From Guillardia theta CCMP2712 (taxonomy: Eukaryota; Protista; Cryptophyta), in NCBI RefSeq assembly GCF_000315625.1, contig NW_005434647.1, positions 687,998 through 751,997 on the forward strand: a stretch of DNA of 64,000 bases. The letters are read 5' to 3'. This document shows, piece after piece, positions 52,021 through 64,000 of this stretch. The translations under genes and the position numbers were made by a program. How positions within the stretch are numbered: the stretch's first letter is position 1; every line of letters starts with the position of its first letter. Under the pieces are notes generated by a model. That model was not told the origin of the DNA. It searched no databases and saw nothing but the letters and a program-made list of their open reading frames with translations.

Positions 52021-52578
52021 TGGCATAACTTCTCTACAAAAGTTTACTCAAAACTTTCATGGCAAGACAAAATTGTACGCGGGCCAGGCTTTACTGGTGA
52101 ATGGGGGTGGGTGCAGGCACCCACACCCCATTTGATACCATTGAATGAGTCTAAACGGGGGTCATCCGGTGGGGCGGAATGTCCTGGATTGACAAGGGGA
52201 TTATGGGGTGGGGTAGAAAGCCTCAGGTGTCAGGACTGCCGTTGTCCGTTGAAGCAGTCTATGCCGGCGCAAGGTTGCTGTCACAGTGTCATGCTCGCGA
52301 GGCTGCTGAAGGCCGGAGATGATCAAATCAGTGGCCCTTCAACGGCTGAGGGGAGGAAGTAGTGTAGTGATGCCTGAGAACTTGCAAAGATAGTCAGGTA
52401 TCGCCCTGAAAAGTTAGGAACCGTAACAGTGCTAGCCTTTCAGCCAAGGACAGGTAGAGTATCAAGCCGCGAAGTGAGGCAAAGATGGCTGAGAATAGAA
52501 GTACAGCTTGATAGCACGTGGCCGGCTTTAGCTTTCGAATGGCAGACTGATGCAAGGTTGAGGAAGCCATGATATTGC

Positions 52579-54535
52579 ATGGGTCTCATGCATAACCAAG
52601 GGAGAGTCAAGCCAGGGCTTGTGAATTTCTTTGAGTGGAAAAGGGACAGGAGCATGGTAGAGGTTATGCGATGGATTTTAGGCAGATATTGGTCATCCTT
52701 TGATAATTGTTATAGAACATTATGGCAACGCATTACGCCCTTGTATCCGGAGCCTCAAGTAGATTGGCAGATCAGTACTATCTTGTCAAGCAGGTCAGTC
52801 ACATTGCTGAAAGCATGCGATGCCTCTGATTGATTTCGAAGGCTTGCGACGAGTATTCCACTAACCATGGTAAAAGCACCCTGTCAAAGCAACAGTTGGA
52901 CTACATCCTGGGAAGATTCAACGTAATACTTCCAGAAGTTGCCTTTGAGAAGTTTTGGGAGATGTTTGCAAGCTCTTCAGAGACGGAGATTTCTATTAGC
53001 CACTTCTTGCAGAAGCTGAAGCCTTCGCAAGCTTCAAATATCCGAGCAGCTGGACTGCGAGCCAAAGAGATCCCGTTCGCAAGTGCATCCTCTCCCAAGA
53101 AGCCCAAGAAGCTCTTCAACTGGAATCCAGCTGAGCTGGGTCCAACCCCTATCTGGGACAACGAGTGGCGCCAGGTTTGCGGCCCCTGCCACTCCTTCGA
53201 GAGGTCTGACAACTTGTGCAACAGGAACAGGATGAAAACCTTGGAGCCCCGACGATGACTGGGATTATGTCAGGAGCCTACTACTTTCAGCGTGGTAAGA
53301 TGGGACCAACCAAGGCGCCGCGACAGGAGTGGGACTACGAGATGCGCGCTCCTCTTGCTACGGTGCTCATAGAAGGTCCGATGACTGCTACAAGGATATG
53401 AGTGACGTTGATGCAGGAAAGTTTTACGGGGGCTCAGAAAAGGACATGGAGGATATGCACAAAAGACGCAAGCAGGAGAGAGCAAGGATGACAGCTCTTA
53501 TCAGACGAAACAAGCAGGTAGCATAGTGAATGACGTTGAATGCATCTTGACTATGCATGTGTACTTCTGTTTGCATCGTCTGAAGTGTGTTCCTTCATTT
53601 TGTCGTCCAGTATAACTTGTTCGCGATGCTCATTGATTCCAACAGGTTGTGAAACATTTTTCTGAGCTGATGTCGGAAAGTCGGTCACAGCAGCAATCAG
53701 CACAGTCGTCCCAGAGATCCACACCGAGGTAAGTTTCTGCGTTAAGGCTGATAGAGAGCGATCTTATGTACAGCTCGTCTCTTTGCCGGAGCCTGCCCTC
53801 TACCTCCCTTATGTTGTGTTCAGATCAATGCAATTCACTCCGCAAGCTGTGCAAGGAGCGATCAACCCGAAACTTCGTCTGTCGTTCTCTGCTGATCGGA
53901 CACGGGCGAGTTCGTTCGAAGAAGCCATGCAACAGTTCAAGGTCTGCGTTCGTGCTTCTCATGCTTGTCATCTCACTGCGACTATAGAATTCTCAGCTTG
54001 TGACAGCAAGGCCGTCTGGAGCAGTCACCAGCAGAGTGATATCTTTCAATGTGTCCCAAGGAAATGACAATCCATGCAGGTGCGAGAAGCGAAAGCAGAA
54101 GAAAGGATGAGCATGAACGAGTCAAGGAGGTGAACTGATTTGCTTCTGCTTCCTCGTTCCTTTCGTCATCGTCGTGTCAGAGTGCAAGCCATCGTTACCC
54201 CAAGAGCCAACACATCTCAGAGCTCTCTCTTCCTCAAGCAAGCCTTCCAAAACGTCCGAAACTCGCTTCCCGATGAGGCCTTTGCATCCGCAAAGCCAAG
54301 CCCTGCTCGGCCTAAAACAGCGTACGTGAGCACCCCAAGACTTATGACTCCAAGACTTGGTGAGGATCACGCGGGGAGAAGAGAAGAAAGCGGGTTGACG
54401 CTAGACAGCAGGAGGAAGCAGACCTTCAAGCGCACCCACACGTCAGCTCCTCCGATCTCTCCCTGCAGACTCAGCAGCGGTGACAGTCGTGGAGGGACAA
54501 GAAAGAGAGTGATGTGCGGCCTAGGTGCTGATTGA
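52579..54535 (+). CDS. Multi-exon hypothetical protein, possible degenerate EF-hand pair (ends uncertain)
   Basis: LSKQQLDYILGRFNVILPEVAFEKFWEMFASSSETEISISHFLQKL; several spliceable ORFs. Confidence 0.4.
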
Positions 54536-54959
54536 GAAGCTGGAAGCGATGGAAGAGGAAGCGCTTGTGCTCACGAGTTTCATCCAGTGATCTCTGTACC
54601 ATATCCTCTCTTCTCCTCAAGACGTTTTCAGGCTCGTTCGATCTATTCCCATCACAGAACAAGCTATCTCGGACGATCAGGTATCTCTCTCTACTACTTC
54701 TAGGCTAAGATGTCACTCACAATCATCGCTACCTTCAGTTGTCCCTCCTCGCTAAATTGTCTGGTGCGCATGCTACCGGTATGGTAAACAGGAAGCAGAT
54801 GATCTCTTTGCTGCAAATCAACAGACAATCCCAGACTTGAGTTTCCTCCCAGTCATGCCTGATGTATTGTAACGATAAACAGTTCCATCAAATAAACAAA
54901 TAAGCTCTTCAAGGCGATGAGGGAACGAGAGCTGAAGACAAGGAAACCATGATTCAACT

Positions 54960-57900
54960 TCATCCCAGCGAAATGAAGTGATACACATCCTTCCTCTGGA
55001 TGACTTGTTAGGAAAATCGTCGCATTCCTCTCCTCCTTCACCTGATACTTCGCCGCCCACTCGTCTGCTGGGTTGAAGTCTGTCCCGTTCTCGTACAGCG
55101 AGCCCACATTGTGCATGAGATCCACCGTGTAGCTGTGGCAGACGTTACAGGAGCAAATGGAAAGAGAAGGAGGGAGGAGAGGGAGGAGAGGGAGGTGGGG
55201 AAAGGAAGCTGGTGGAGGAGGTCCATGCTTACGTCTTCTGCTGACCCTCCTGATCCACATCTCCAAAAAACTTGACGACATTCCAGGCATGTCCGACATG
55301 CGCCCCGCGCTCGATCTTGGTGCGTTCGAGTCTGCAGAGGTAGGGGAGGACCAGGTCGCAGAGGTACTTGAAGAGGAAGGCGCGATGGCGGCAGCCTGCC
55401 TTCTTCAGATCGCCCACCCACACCACGTTGGACTTGCGGAGCTGCTTGCACCTCTGAATCTCCGTGGAGTAGCCGAAGTCCATGTACTTGTCGTAGAGGA
55501 TGCTGCCGCCGAGGCGCTGCGAAAGGATCTCAGCGATCTTGACCACACACTTCTTCTTGATGTCTGTGCTCGCAATGTCTCGCTTGTCGAGGATAATCTG
55601 CGTGAGGCCGAGGGAGGCACATTCACCCTTCACCTCCTCCACCAGCTGCTTCAGCCGGTTGTCCTGAGAGGCGTCGGCAAGCAGAACTTCTCTGTTGGTG
55701 TTAATCGTCTCTTTCTGCAGGTCCGTAAGGGACGTGTAGGGTCGGCCGACGCCCATGTCGAACCATCCGTCACTCGTGCGATCCTCGAAGTCGACTTCTC
55801 CTCGCAGCCACAGCTTCGCTGATTGACTTTTCTGCAGCAGCCGCTCCACCGCATCTTCAGCTGCCTGTGAGTGTCTGTCAGAAGGCAATGAAAGCAAGTG
55901 GATGCGGCGGCGAGAAGGAAGCAGCGGGGACCTGTCCAAGCTGCTTCCAGTGAGTGTCCATGAGCGACAGCAGCTTGCTAAGGGCGCCGATGTCGCACAA
56001 CTCGACAGCAGACGAGCGATCAGAAGCACATTTTCCGATGGCGAGGATGGCAGCACGTCGTGGCTCGATCGCATCTTTGCCGTTCTCATCCTTTGCCTGG
56101 ACAAATGACATCAGGACGCAGTAGCAGCAGCAGCGCTTTCATCATCGACCTCGAGCTGCGCGACCAGAGGTGCCATGGCCTTGCTCTCGAACAGCTTCTG
56201 CCGTCCATAAGAGTCCATGGCGAAGTTGCCGATCGCTCGAGCAGCGGAAAGCTATAGAAAATGGTTCAGGACGTGCCGAATGTCAATAAAGGATAAGGGA
56301 GAGAGAGGAAGTGATAAGTGAGTTGATTGCGACACGCAATCCAATAGTCGAATGGTTCTGTCGCTCACTGACCCTCAGGAAGACGAGGGCCATATCGCAA
56401 AGCAGCATTATAAGAAACAAGACGAAACGTGAAAGCAAAGCAAAGAAAGAAGATATACACGAATAGACAGCAGATAGAAGAAATTCGTGTCTCAAGAATC
56501 TGAGAGTTCTGAGAGAGACCTGAGTATCGACATCCTTGTAAGTCAGGCATTTTACAAACTCCGGTATCGCGTTCATCTCCAGCAGCATCGGTCTACCCTC
56601 AACGTCGAACGCTGCGTTCGCAAGAGCCTGGCAAAAAGAGTTCAAACAAGAATAGAGAGGCAAAAAGACCAGAGAAGTTCATAGCAAATGATTCAAAATA
56701 TCATCAGTTTTGGGAGAAAAGGAGTAAGTAAGAAATAAAAGAAAGGACGGGATGAAGGCAAAATGAGAAGAAAGAGGAAACGAAAGTTAAGGATCAAGAA
56801 GATAGCAATAACCTGACATGCCATCCCGCTCACGATTTCATCTTCATGCTTGATCATCCGAAACATGTTGCCGAAAAAGTTTTCTTCTTTCCTCATCTCC
56901 TCCCTGACGTTTCCTGTCCATCATCTGAGCGAAGTTTGGAATTGCTCCTTCGAAATACCTTGTTCTGCACAACTCTTACAGTTTTCAAGGATGGCTCGTC
57001 CCAGTCGTAGATCTGGAATCTCCAACTTTTCTAGCGCATCTTGTGCAGCTTTTTTTGCCTCCTGGTCGAGATCTTCCTTACTCAGATCCTCCACGTGCTT
57101 TTGCTTCGACTCGACAAATTGATCGTAAAGTTTGCAGTAGTTGCTGAGAACGCTGGCAAGCTGGCAGCGGAGGAGCCAAACACAGCAATATCGTTTGGGT
57201 TTAGGGACCAGAAATCGAACGGATGATGAAATCAGCGAAAATCGTGGGACAAAAAGAGCGATGACATTCAAATTCAAAGTATAGCAAGCACAGAGAAGAC
57301 AGCATTGAACCCCCATAAGAAACAGAAGAAGAGAAAGAGAAACAAAATGTCAGATGAACCGAATGCAAAATACAATGTCCATGAAGAACCTGCCCAACTC
57401 CGCCTTCTTCCACAAAGTCCAGGCCAGACATGAAATCAAATACAAGTCGAGACAGCGCAACACAGCTGGCAAGTCTGTGTCACTTCTTTCGATCAGCCTC
57501 CCCGAGACTTACGCATTTGCAACAACAGAAAGTTCCCCATTCGAGAGCAGGCCAATCCCATTCTTCATTCCACCAAGAGCACCAATCGTCTGCAATCCAA
57601 AACATGCGTTAAAATTAGTTTGAGAAACCAGCCTTGGTGATCATCATTGTATGCATGCGCACTCCTTTTGTCATTTGTTTCTCATTATAGCATTCTCCAA
57701 TTTTCTCACCTGCTTGCAAGGGATGTCGAACGCGCAGTTGGCAAGTGCCATCAGCGCTTCTTCCTACATCCTCACGTGTCAATCATTCACATGAAGAAGA
57801 GAAAGAGGGACCTGCACACGAGCTTCTTCAGAGGCAAGGCAGTTGCTCAAGGCCCGCAGCCCCTCTTTCATCCTGATCTCTGTGCGGCACTCCGAGTCGA

Positions 57901-59102
57901 AGGCGCTCAAGCTCAACGCAAACGACACAGACTGACGAACTTTGTCGTTGGGCACCCGATCCTTGCATGCCGTCAAAACGTCTCTGTGCTAACATTGGGC
58001 ATGATACCGTGTCCGGAAGAGCAGCTAACATCTCGATCAGCTTGTCGATCCCTTCCAGCCGACGAAGGTCTTTGAGATTTCCTTCTTGTTCGATAGCATA
58101 CGCCAATGCTCGCGCAGCATTTTCCTGCTCCACGTCAATATTTGAATGAAATGATATTTGCGAGAGAGACAGGTCAAATCAGCAGGATACCTGAACATCA
58201 ACGCTGTCGCTCATCAGCCCTTGGTCGATCAACACCTTCATCCCCTTCAATCTGTACAACTCATCCTTGGCCTCAACATGCTGCAGCACTGTTGACAGAG
58301 CCAGTGCAGCTTGATTCACAACCCCGTCATCTGCATTCTTGTTCGACATGAGCTGTAGAAGAAGCGCCACTCCTCCAAGAATGTGGATGCCAAGACGAAC
58401 AGGAGAGTCCAGGGCGTGGCAAGCTATGCAGTAAGCTGCTTTCCCAGCGACATCCAGTTCTTCTGACTTGAGATGCTCCACCATCGGTTTCAGACCACCA
58501 AGCTCTACAGTCTTCAAACGACATTTTTCTTCTCCGTTTTTGTCCGCCTGGTGCCTTGTTATTGAAATGGAAACAACCCATTTCCCATGTCACCTGACAC
58601 GACTCCCCATTTCTTTTCCTTAGGATGAGTCTCCCATCTGCAACCGCTTCGCCTGCACACCGAGATAGAATATTCAAGCATACAGCCTGAACTTCGAAGT
58701 CCGCGCCACACCATGCTTCCTGATTATCCAGTCAATAAAGGTAGTTCGAGTTGAACTCCAAAACCTTGGTGAGGAGCTTGATTACAACAGGAATTCCACC
58801 GCCATCACCGAGAGCCCCTCGCAAGTGCATGATGATCTCTGGCTCATTCCCCTCGCCACCATCTTTAGCAAACTGGTACAAGGCTTTTGCTGCAGAGAGT
58901 GTGACGGGCTGCTCAGGTGACTGTAAACAAGACTTTGTGAGTCCCTCACGAGAGCAGTACATGATGAAAAAGCATGTAGGAAACATCAGTGAAATCAAAC
59001 CTGAAGAAGCATTATCAGAGTCCCTGGCTGCTCAACAGTCACGGGTAGTGGCAGCTGCGCCATGCGGCTTGAACCCTCTTGCTTCGCCTCGTCCTCCGCC
59101 AT
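54960..59102 (-). CDS. ARMC3: Armadillo-repeat protein with C-terminal EDR1-type domain, ARMC3-like; multi-exon
   Basis: N-terminal TLIMLLQ-SPEQPVTLSAAKALYQFA; ARM repeats (LGGLKPMVEHL, EGIDKLIEML); DGWFDMG, NREVLL, SNVVWVGDLKKAGCRHRAFLFKYLCD, HAWNVV, YTVDLMHNVGSLY. Confidence 0.8.
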
Positions 59103-59159
59103 CTTTAACCTGAAATTAACGCTCGGGTGTAGTTTAGAGTTAAGCAAGTTCAAAACTAA

Positions 59160-60060
59160 AACCTGACCGTCCGACCGTGCCGTCACCGTTCAGTGTGACT
59201 AACTTGTAAACAGGCTTGAACCTGAACTTTCACTAAGTTCAACGGTTCCGAAGTTCCGAAGTTCCCGAGTCCCAGGCCCGAGAGTCCCGGCGGAGCATCG
59301 GAGTTCCGGATCGGCCCCGGGATGTCCGGCGGCCGGCGCGAAGTGAAGTACGGTCCCGGCCGGAGGCGCGGAGTCCGCGCGGCGGCTGCCCGCCCGATGA
59401 TCCGATGTCGGACCGTGAGTCACGAGTCACGTGATCCTCTCACGGTACAACGGTACGGTCTTGCAGCACTGAGTCACAGCCCGCGGTCCGGCGCCGGACC
59501 GGACCGTCGCCGGGCGGTGCGGCTGCGGCCTCGGACAGTCCGACTGTCACGCCACGCCGTGACGGACGGACCCCGGGACACTGATTCCGACGGGCGGCCC
59601 GGCGGCGGCCCCGCCGGGGCGGCCGGGCGGCCGGACCGCCGCCGCCGCCGGTACCGTCCTCAGTCAGTCACCGCGGCCGCCGGGGCCGGGACTGGGCCTG
59701 GCGGCCAGTCTCGGATCATCATCACAATGATGATCGGATGATGCCACCGCAGCGGCCGCCGCCTAAACTGTGACTAACTTACCGGCGTCTGTGGCCTGAT
59801 TGTCGGACTGCCACTGTGACCGCCGGTCCCGGATCTCAGCCGGCAGTGTCCGATCCGCGGCTGGGCCTGCCAATGACTCTTGAACTCAGCGGAAGCGCGG
59901 CCAGGGCCGCCGCCGCCGGCCCTGGCAGTGCAGGGCTACCGCCGCCGTACTACGGTATCAGGCCGGGCCGCGCGCCGGCGCCGCCCGGTCCGACTGCAAA
60001 CCGTTGAACTGGCAAAGGCTTCGAAACTTTACTCAAAGGCGGTTCAGTGCCGATTGCTGA
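59160..60060. other. GC-rich intergenic island
   Basis: Same vocabulary; AT-rich AAGTT/GAAC flank at 59110-59260. Confidence 0.75.
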
Positions 60061-60716
60061 CCGTGAAGGAGTAAACTTTGCTGACTCCATCGTTTCGATA
60101 ACACGTCTTTTAGGCCGTTCAGTTGGGCAGTTAGATGTGATTTCATGACCCCACCCCGATTTCCGTCTCCGTCCAACACTTTGAGGCAACCCTTGGGGGT
60201 TGCTGGTTAACTCAGGTGAGCAGGGGGGTTACCATGAGTCATTTTCTAGATGTGGCATTAAGAGATTTTGCAATAGCATCGTTCTTGGTCTGCTTTGTTG
60301 TTCCGACCGGCAGCGAACGAGGAGGCAACTGAAGGAAAAAACGGTACTAATGACCACCCTACTACCCATCCTTTCCCTCAAACTACCCCTCTATATCTCC
60401 CCATCTACTCACTATAACTTCAGCCTCTCCCACAACTGAGCGTGAATTCCATGCACTGCTTATTACTGCTATCTCCCCGCTGCCGCAAGCTGAAATCACT
60501 TCTGTACCGAAAACCTTCAGGTCTTACCAGGTGAATATTTCTGCGCTTTGAGACACTTCTGTCCCGACAAGAATTTTCTGTTGAGGAGCATTACACTCAT
60601 TCCGAGAAGATTCCTCTAGAATTTCTCCCTGTACTTCAACCACGAAGCGAACAAGGGATATTTTTTGTAATTCTTGCCGACTGAAAACACGCACACGGCT
60701 CTGGGTGGAACTGAAC

Positions 60717-61130
60717 ATGGGCAATACCTTCGGCAAGCATCCCGACAAATATTGGTCTAGGCTGACCAAGAAAAACACTAAAGTAAACAAGAAACACCTT
60801 CAGTCAGAAGAATTCTTGAATTTTCACAGCGATCATCGACTGAAGGGGCGTTCACTGAGTGGGATACGATTTGAGCACGTCGTCACGGAGGTCCTGTATG
60901 ACTATGGTGATGATGAGCTTCATATCTTCAGGGGATATGTGAACAACGGAGAAGAAGACGAAGACGATTGTGGTCTAGATAACGACTCATACATGGACAT
61001 GGAGACTGACTTTCACATTGAAAGAATTTCACCGAATCTTTGTCACAGCTCGGATGGAAGTTTTAAGGGTATCCTGCGTAAAACTGATTCTGAATCGGAC
61101 AGTTCGTGTGTCACTGTTGAAAAGGAATGA
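60717..61130 (+). CDS. Small acidic hypothetical protein (MG- start, GILRK motif)
   Basis: Uninterrupted 137-codon ORF downstream of a TACCC-rich promoter-like zone. Confidence 0.5.
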   Translation: MGNTFGKHPDKYWSRLTKKNTKVNKKHLQSEEFLNFHSDHRLKGRSLSGIRFEHVVTEVLYDYGDDELHIFRGYVNNGEEDEDDCGLDNDSYMDMETDFHIERISPNLCHSSDGSFKGILRKTDSESDSSCVTVEKE

Positions 61131-61955
61131 TCCAAGCCTGTTCTGCTTAAAACGCATTTCTTACCTTACTGTCTTTATCTTACATTGGAGTATTCTATGC
61201 ACTTTTTGGTTTCCTCCTTTTATCTACTGAAAGATATCAGAAGGACAGCGGCAAAACCATCCAATTCAGACCCATTGTCCTTTGTTCTCCTTCTGCTGTA
61301 CATTGATTTGTTATATGAAGTACCCGAGTAAATGAAATTTGCTTGATGAAGAATTTCCCTTCCCTTGCCTTGCAAGATACGTTTGTGTGACAGAACAAGA
61401 TTTGCAGTATTTTTTTCTCATCTGAATGAGACACATCTGCTAACTTTCCTCGTGTTTGGTTAACATCACTTGGATGATGTCTTTGGACGGTGTCAATGGT
61501 TTTGGCAGATGTAGAGCCTTTTGATCTCTGGAAGTTTTGGTGTAGTTGCAAGTGAAACACATTATGTGCATTACAGAAGAGCTGAGTGCATGTGAGTGAT
61601 ATCCAGTGCAATGTCAATACATTCATGTGAGATACCGAAGAATTGGGTTGTGTGTCAAGAAGTATCCGGAGGTTTCACAGTCTTAGGTACAGACGAAGGT
61701 AAATGTTTGATGATACGCTGCATGTAACAACGATCATTCCTTTCCAAGCAATGCCTGTGACTGGTGTAATGATGACGGGGAATGTAATGGGACGAGTTCA
61801 TCGCATGAGGAGAAGATGCTTGTGTGATTGGGATGCGGATGATCGTGCCAGTGTACCAAAACTTTCATACAATTAGGCAAGGGACTGATGGTTGAACGAA
61901 GCCTTTTGAGATGGTCTCGTGTTCAAATGATTCTGTATTAAATCTTTTCATGTGT

Positions 61956-63112
61956 TCAATCAAGATATTTTCCTTTCTTTAGAACACGAAAAAGATCGTG
62001 ATACTGTATCATGCTTGTGCCTATACAAACCTGTGATTTGAGAAGTCAAGATCGTACGTAAATGCAAATGATACGATCGATACCAGAACAGTGAAAACTC
62101 CAAACCACATTACCCTTGAGCATCTGTGTGTAATGGAGCATCAGTTTAAGTATCATTTCTCACAAATGAGTGAGCAAGCAATACGTTGTTTCAGTCAGAT
62201 CTCTCAGATACTCTTCTCGTTTTCTCTGGATTCCATCGTTAATCACTCGAATCGCAATTTTCACTTAGAACCTCGGAAACAAATTGTTGTCGTATTTCTG
62301 TCAGTCGATCTTCCATTTCTCTCAACGCACCCTATTGATTGTTGTTGATCAATGCTCTCTGGGTCGTTCATCACAAGGATCTGTTCAAACCTGTACTCCT
62401 GACAAATGTTCTTCTTTCATTACTTGTGAATAATCGCGAGCATCTATTCCATGCTTCAAAACAAGACTTACTCTCCTCTGTGTCTGCGATTGACAAATCA
62501 GGATCTATTTTTGTAGCTGAAAAATCTTTGCTGACCATGAATTCAAGTCCACCTTTGTTATGGAAACAGACAATATAGTCTCCCGTAGTTGCAGTTGTAA
62601 ATGCAAACTTGCCCTGTGATATGTCGTCCTTGGTGTAGCTGATTCACGAAAACATCATAACCACCATATCATCCATCGGATTCAAAACAAGTACATTATT
62701 TTTTCAAACGGGTCTGTCACCTGCCAAGCGTTCAGGTTTGCCAGGGAGGGCTTAAACCCTTTACCTGAATTTCGATAGGCATGTTGTTTTGTCCATCGGG
62801 AATTGCTTCAGCTGCAAAGTCTCCAGTCTACGTGAAGTTTACAAATGACTCTTAAGGATTGATGGTAAAATTGTGCACACACTGCTTGACATAGGATAAC
62901 ATGAACGAGTTTCTTACCACAAGTGTATTGGAAGGGAGATCCTCACTGAAGCACTTGACTTTTCCTGAAGGAAGGTCGAACTAAACATACAACAAGTATA
63001 AGTAACAACTTTACTACTTGAAATTCAAAGAGTGGTCCTGTATATCTTTGTCCCATACCTTAAGAGCGGTCGTGACAGTCAACAAAGAAAGCAAGTGCAA
63101 ACATCGCAGCAT
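61956..63112 (-). CDS. p24/emp24/GOLD family cargo receptor (TMED10/p24-delta-like); many small exons, not captured by the ORF track
   Basis: Exons read by hand: signal MLRCLHLLSLLTVTTALK, GKVKCFSEDLPSNTLV, YTKDDISQGKFAFTTATTGDYIVCFHNK, SRVMWFGVFTVL, QYHDLFRVLKKGKYLD*. Confidence 0.85.
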
Positions 63113-63210
63113 GAATCACAAGGCACGGAACCGTTACACACACCGTTATCCTCCCTAAAAGGGTTTTAAGATATTTAGGGTTTAAGTTTACAGACCTGGA
63201 GAGGATCACA

Positions 63211-63796
63211 ATGGAGGCAGCATCTCCGTCAAGCCAAGAGGACATGCAGCTCGTCAGCGAGCTGTCAGCAGTCATCGAAGATGCAGCTTCTTTGAACGAG
63301 GCGGGGACGAGCGAGCCGATCAAGCTGGTCCTGGACAAGGCCGTTGGCAACCTCCACGAACGGCGTTCTACTCTCCGGGGAGCCTGGAGTTCATGTCGCT
63401 GGGAGAGTGGGCGAAGATGCCAGAGGAGCAGGGAGTTGGGCGCAACGTTCTCAAGGAGAAGCTGGGGAAGTGGCTGCAGAGCAAGCGCTGGACTCGCGTG
63501 CAAGGAGAGAGCAGGTGGTGAAGCTGGGACTGTCCTGTGGGCTCGTCTCCGCAACGGCAGCTGCTGAGCTTGAGCAGGAGGCGGAGAGCGACGACATAGA
63601 GCGTCGATCTCTTAGCTTCCTGTTCATAGCACTGAGTAAATTCGCAGAGATGCATGTGCTGGCCTGCTCGCTGAAGGTGGACAAGAAGGACCGACTGCGG
63701 GTGGAGATGAGGGAAGATGACGAAGAAGAGGAAGACATGGAGGAAGAGCAAGGCGAGGGCGAGGAAGAAGACGGGGCGAGCCCGTACCGAGCTTGA
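63211..63796 (+). pseudogene. Coding-like region that appears to switch frame twice (pseudogene or sequence error)
   Basis: Codon-biased segments in three successive frames with no obvious introns. Confidence 0.3.
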
Positions 63797-63820
63797 GCTG
63801 AGCTCAAGGTAAGTAGAGAA

Positions 63821-64000
63821 GGTGGAGGCGACCGAAGGCCAAGGTGAGGAGAGGCAACTCTCCTGACTGAAGCTGAGGAAGCTGAATGGAGGAGGAGTAG
63901 GTGGCGACCGAAGGCCAAGGTGAGGAGAGGCAACTCTCCTGACTGAGGCTGAGGAAGCTGAATGGAGGTAGAGTTAGGTGGTGACCGAAGGCCAAGGTGT
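63821..64000. repeat. 76-77 bp tandem repeat (>2 copies, runs off the window)
   Basis: gaccgaaggccaaggt at 63830, 63906, 63983. Confidence 0.9.

Overview
Gene-dense eukaryotic nuclear DNA with many ~45-60 nt GT-AG (some GC-AG) introns carrying CTGAC branch points. The gene content and intron style suggest a cryptophyte alga such as Guillardia (inference). Recognisable genes: BLTP3/UHRF1BP1-like lipid-transfer protein, two near-identical inverted peroxiredoxin-like genes, a 2OG-Fe(II) oxygenase with TPR tail, TauE/SafE transporter, TRIR-like protein, a triple Zn2Cys6 transcription factor, a decayed P-element-like transposase, an amidohydrolase, MRE11, a DUF179 protein, a palindromic pair of RWP-RK genes, a kinesin-PH protein, ornithine aminotransferase, ARMC3 and a p24/GOLD protein. 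The most striking signal is non-coding. About ten intergenic GC-rich islands share a short-word vocabulary. The arms of the RWP-RK palindrome show how they grow: nearly identical inside, then diverging outward through dense, nested 4-25 bp insertions that often duplicate 2-4 bp of target. This points to a localized insertional-mutagenesis process. Exon boundaries were read by eye and are approximate.
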